From Microcoleus sp. (GTDB taxonomy: Bacteria; Cyanobacteriota; Cyanobacteriia; Cyanobacteriales; Microcoleaceae): 64,000 nt of DNA. The stretch is taken from contig JAYFMW010000028.1 in assembly GCA_042408215.1 (NCBI GenBank), positions 256,001 to 320,000 of the forward strand, given 5' to 3'. Shown piece by piece: positions 62,554 to 64,000 of this stretch. The translations under genes were made by a program, and so were the position numbers. The notes below the pieces were generated by a model that saw only the letters and a list, made by a program, of their open reading frames with translations, did no database searches and had not been told where the DNA came from. How positions within the stretch are numbered: the first letter of the stretch is position 1; each line of letters starts with the position of its first letter.

Positions 62554-62755
62554 CATTGCTGTCAACTTAAGCCTAAAACCCCAGAGAAATCTCGCTTTTA
62601 GCTAAGTCTCGATCCCCCTAAATCCCTTAATAAGGGAGTAGGTTGACTTTGAGAAATACTCTTGTCCCCCCCTTATTAAGGGGGGGACGGGGGGATCGAT
62701 GCCTAATCGTCAAACAGCAGACCGGTACTACGTTTGACCTTAAGTTGACACTAAT
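62554..62755. mobile_element. Solo MITE of the family forming the 51.6-53.4 kb array
   Basis: TIRs CATTGCTGTCAACTTAAG / CTTAAGTTGACACTAATG, flanked by GGCATGGG(G/T). Confidence 0.75.
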
Positions 62756-62796
62756 GGGCATGGGTAAGTAGAACAACCTCAAAAAACCCGATCCCC

Positions 62797-62826
62797 TTGA
62801 CAACTCATACTCATTATGAGTACGAT
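62797..62826 (+). promoter_or_regulatory. Promoter with an overlapping 7-1-7 palindrome (candidate PerR/Fur-family operator)
   Basis: TTGACA-18 bp-TACGAT, with TACTCAT-T-ATGAGTA at 62808-62822. Confidence 0.55.
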
Positions 62827-62868
62827 TCAAGCAGTGAATTTAACCCAAGTACCAAAGGATTCAAAATC

Positions 62869-63603
62869 ATGCTGCCGAACAAAGAAGGTCAAAGAGTACC
62901 CAATGTCACCTTTCGCACCCGCCAAAATAACGAGTGGGTTGATGTCACTACCCTTGATTTGTTTGCAGGTAAAACCGTAGTAGTGTTCTCGCTACCTGGA
63001 GCTTTTACTCCCACTTGTTCGTCAACTCACCTCCCCGGTTACAACGAATTAGCGCAAGTTTTCAAAGCAAATGGTGTAGATGAAATCGTTTGTATTTCCG
63101 TCAATGATACTTTTGTGATGAACGAATGGGCCAAAGACCAAGAAGCCGAAAATGTGACATTAATTCCCGACGGTAACGGCGAATTTTCTGAAGGTATGGG
63201 AATGCTTGTAGACAAAACTGATTTAGGTTTTGGCAAGCGTTCTTGGCGCTATTCTATGTTAGTTAAAAATGGCTTAGTTGAAAAAATGTTTATTGAGCCG
63301 GAGGAACCGGGAGATCCTTTCAAGGTGTCTGATGCTGAGACGATGCTCCACTACATTAACTCGGCAGCGGTCAAGCCCAAAGTTGTTTCTTTGTTCACTA
63401 AAGTCGGCTGTCCTTTCTGCGCCCGCGCTAAGGCTTTGCTGAAAGAAAAGGGTTTGGATTATGAAGAAATAGTTTTGGGCCAAGATGTCACAACTCGATC
63501 GCTCCGGGCCGTAACTGGAGCAACTACTGTGCCGCAAGTCTTTATCGACGGCAAATTGATTGGCGGCTCCGAGGCCCTAGAATCTTATTTTGCAGCTAGT
63601 TAG
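62869..63603 (+). CDS. Peroxiredoxin (Prx5/type II)-glutaredoxin hybrid
   Basis: PGAFTPTCS peroxidatic motif, SVND and RSWRY, then Grx CPFC and TVPQVF; start ATG 62869. Confidence 0.93.
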   Translation: MLPNKEGQRVPNVTFRTRQNNEWVDVTTLDLFAGKTVVVFSLPGAFTPTCSSTHLPGYNELAQVFKANGVDEIVCISVNDTFVMNEWAKDQEAENVTLIPDGNGEFSEGMGMLVDKTDLGFGKRSWRYSMLVKNGLVEKMFIEPEEPGDPFKVSDAETMLHYINSAAVKPKVVSLFTKVGCPFCARAKALLKEKGLDYEEIVLGQDVTTRSLRAVTGATTVPQVFIDGKLIGGSEALESYFAAS

Positions 63604-63615
63604 GGAAAAATACCT

Positions 63616-63647
63616 AACTCCCCTTCCCTAGGAAGGGAAGGGGGAGG
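63616..63647 (+). terminator. GC-rich stem-loop after the peroxiredoxin gene
   Basis: CTCCCCTTCCCT...AGGGAAGGGGGAG inverted repeat. Confidence 0.45.
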
Positions 63648-63774
63648 AAGAAGTCTTGCCCCTTTCTGGGGAGGTTTGGGATCAAAAGTTCGATCGCCAA
63701 ACAGCAGCAGGAAGATCGATCGGGCGATCGATCCATTCTCGTGCAACAATTAATTTTGAAGTAAGATAAAAAAA

Positions 63775-64000
63775 TCAGACATGGGAGTGACCGATCGTGG
63801 ATTTAAGTCTCGTAGCGTCAAATATCTTAAATCCACCTGTATTAGCTTTTTTTATGGGACTCCTGGCAGTTTTTCTAAAATCTGATTTAGAGATTCCAGC
63901 ACCAATCCCCAAACTGTTTTCGCTGTACCTACTGTTTGCGATCGGATTTAAAGGCGGCGTCGAACTGGCAAAAAGCGGCTTCAACCAGCAAGTCGCATTG
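63775..64000 (-). CDS. Possible 3' end of a gene entering from the right edge
   Basis: The frame is open from the window end to TGA 63775; no recognisable motif. Confidence 0.3.
   Translation of the reverse strand, partial: NATCWLKPLFASSTPPLNPIANSRYSENSLGIGAGISKSDFRKTARSPIKKANTGGFKIFDATRLKSTIGHSHV

Noticed and set aside
1..64000. tRNA, rRNA, riboswitches
   Set aside because: No convincing cloverleaf or known RNA motif was recognised by eye. An Infernal/Rfam scan would be needed to exclude them.

Overview
A 64-kb chromosomal window from a filamentous cyanobacterium. The abundant HIP1 GCGATCGC sites, heptamer STRR arrays and gene content point to an Oscillatoriales/Microcoleus-like organism, but that assignment is inference. 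Core genes are rpaA, the str operon (rpsL-rpsG-fusA-tuf-rpsJ), a Lon-N protein, pheA, DUF1997, pgl-fraH-FHA genes, lptA/lptB/lptF-G, ftrC, two DUF2079 paralogs, dxr, a phosphoribosyltransferase and a Prx5-glutaredoxin hybrid. There are five accessory regions. (1) An apparently intact, translationally coupled three-gene pPIWI-RE system (PD-(D/E)xK nuclease, DinG-like helicase, PIWI-like protein) at 28.6-36.3 kb, whose nuclease carries an N-terminal LexA-like winged helix and has a repeated candidate operator upstream. (2) An island after rpsJ encoding an HTH-NB-ARC-WD40 STAND protein divergent from a Gly/Ala-rich membrane peptide and a pancreatic-lipase-like RTX protein. (3) Many TnpB elements: an intact IS605-type tnpB followed by tandem non-coding mini-elements that keep right-end (omegaRNA-like) scaffolds, a decayed IS607, and a TnpB with a rearranged RuvC-II that splits a Uma2 gene. 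(4) A TPR-GT61 / methyltransferase / sulfotransferase cluster next to an RTX protein. (5) Several MITE families, including a 1.8-kb tandem MITE array, plus repeat insertions translated in frame inside proteins. No rRNA, tRNA or CRISPR array was recognised.
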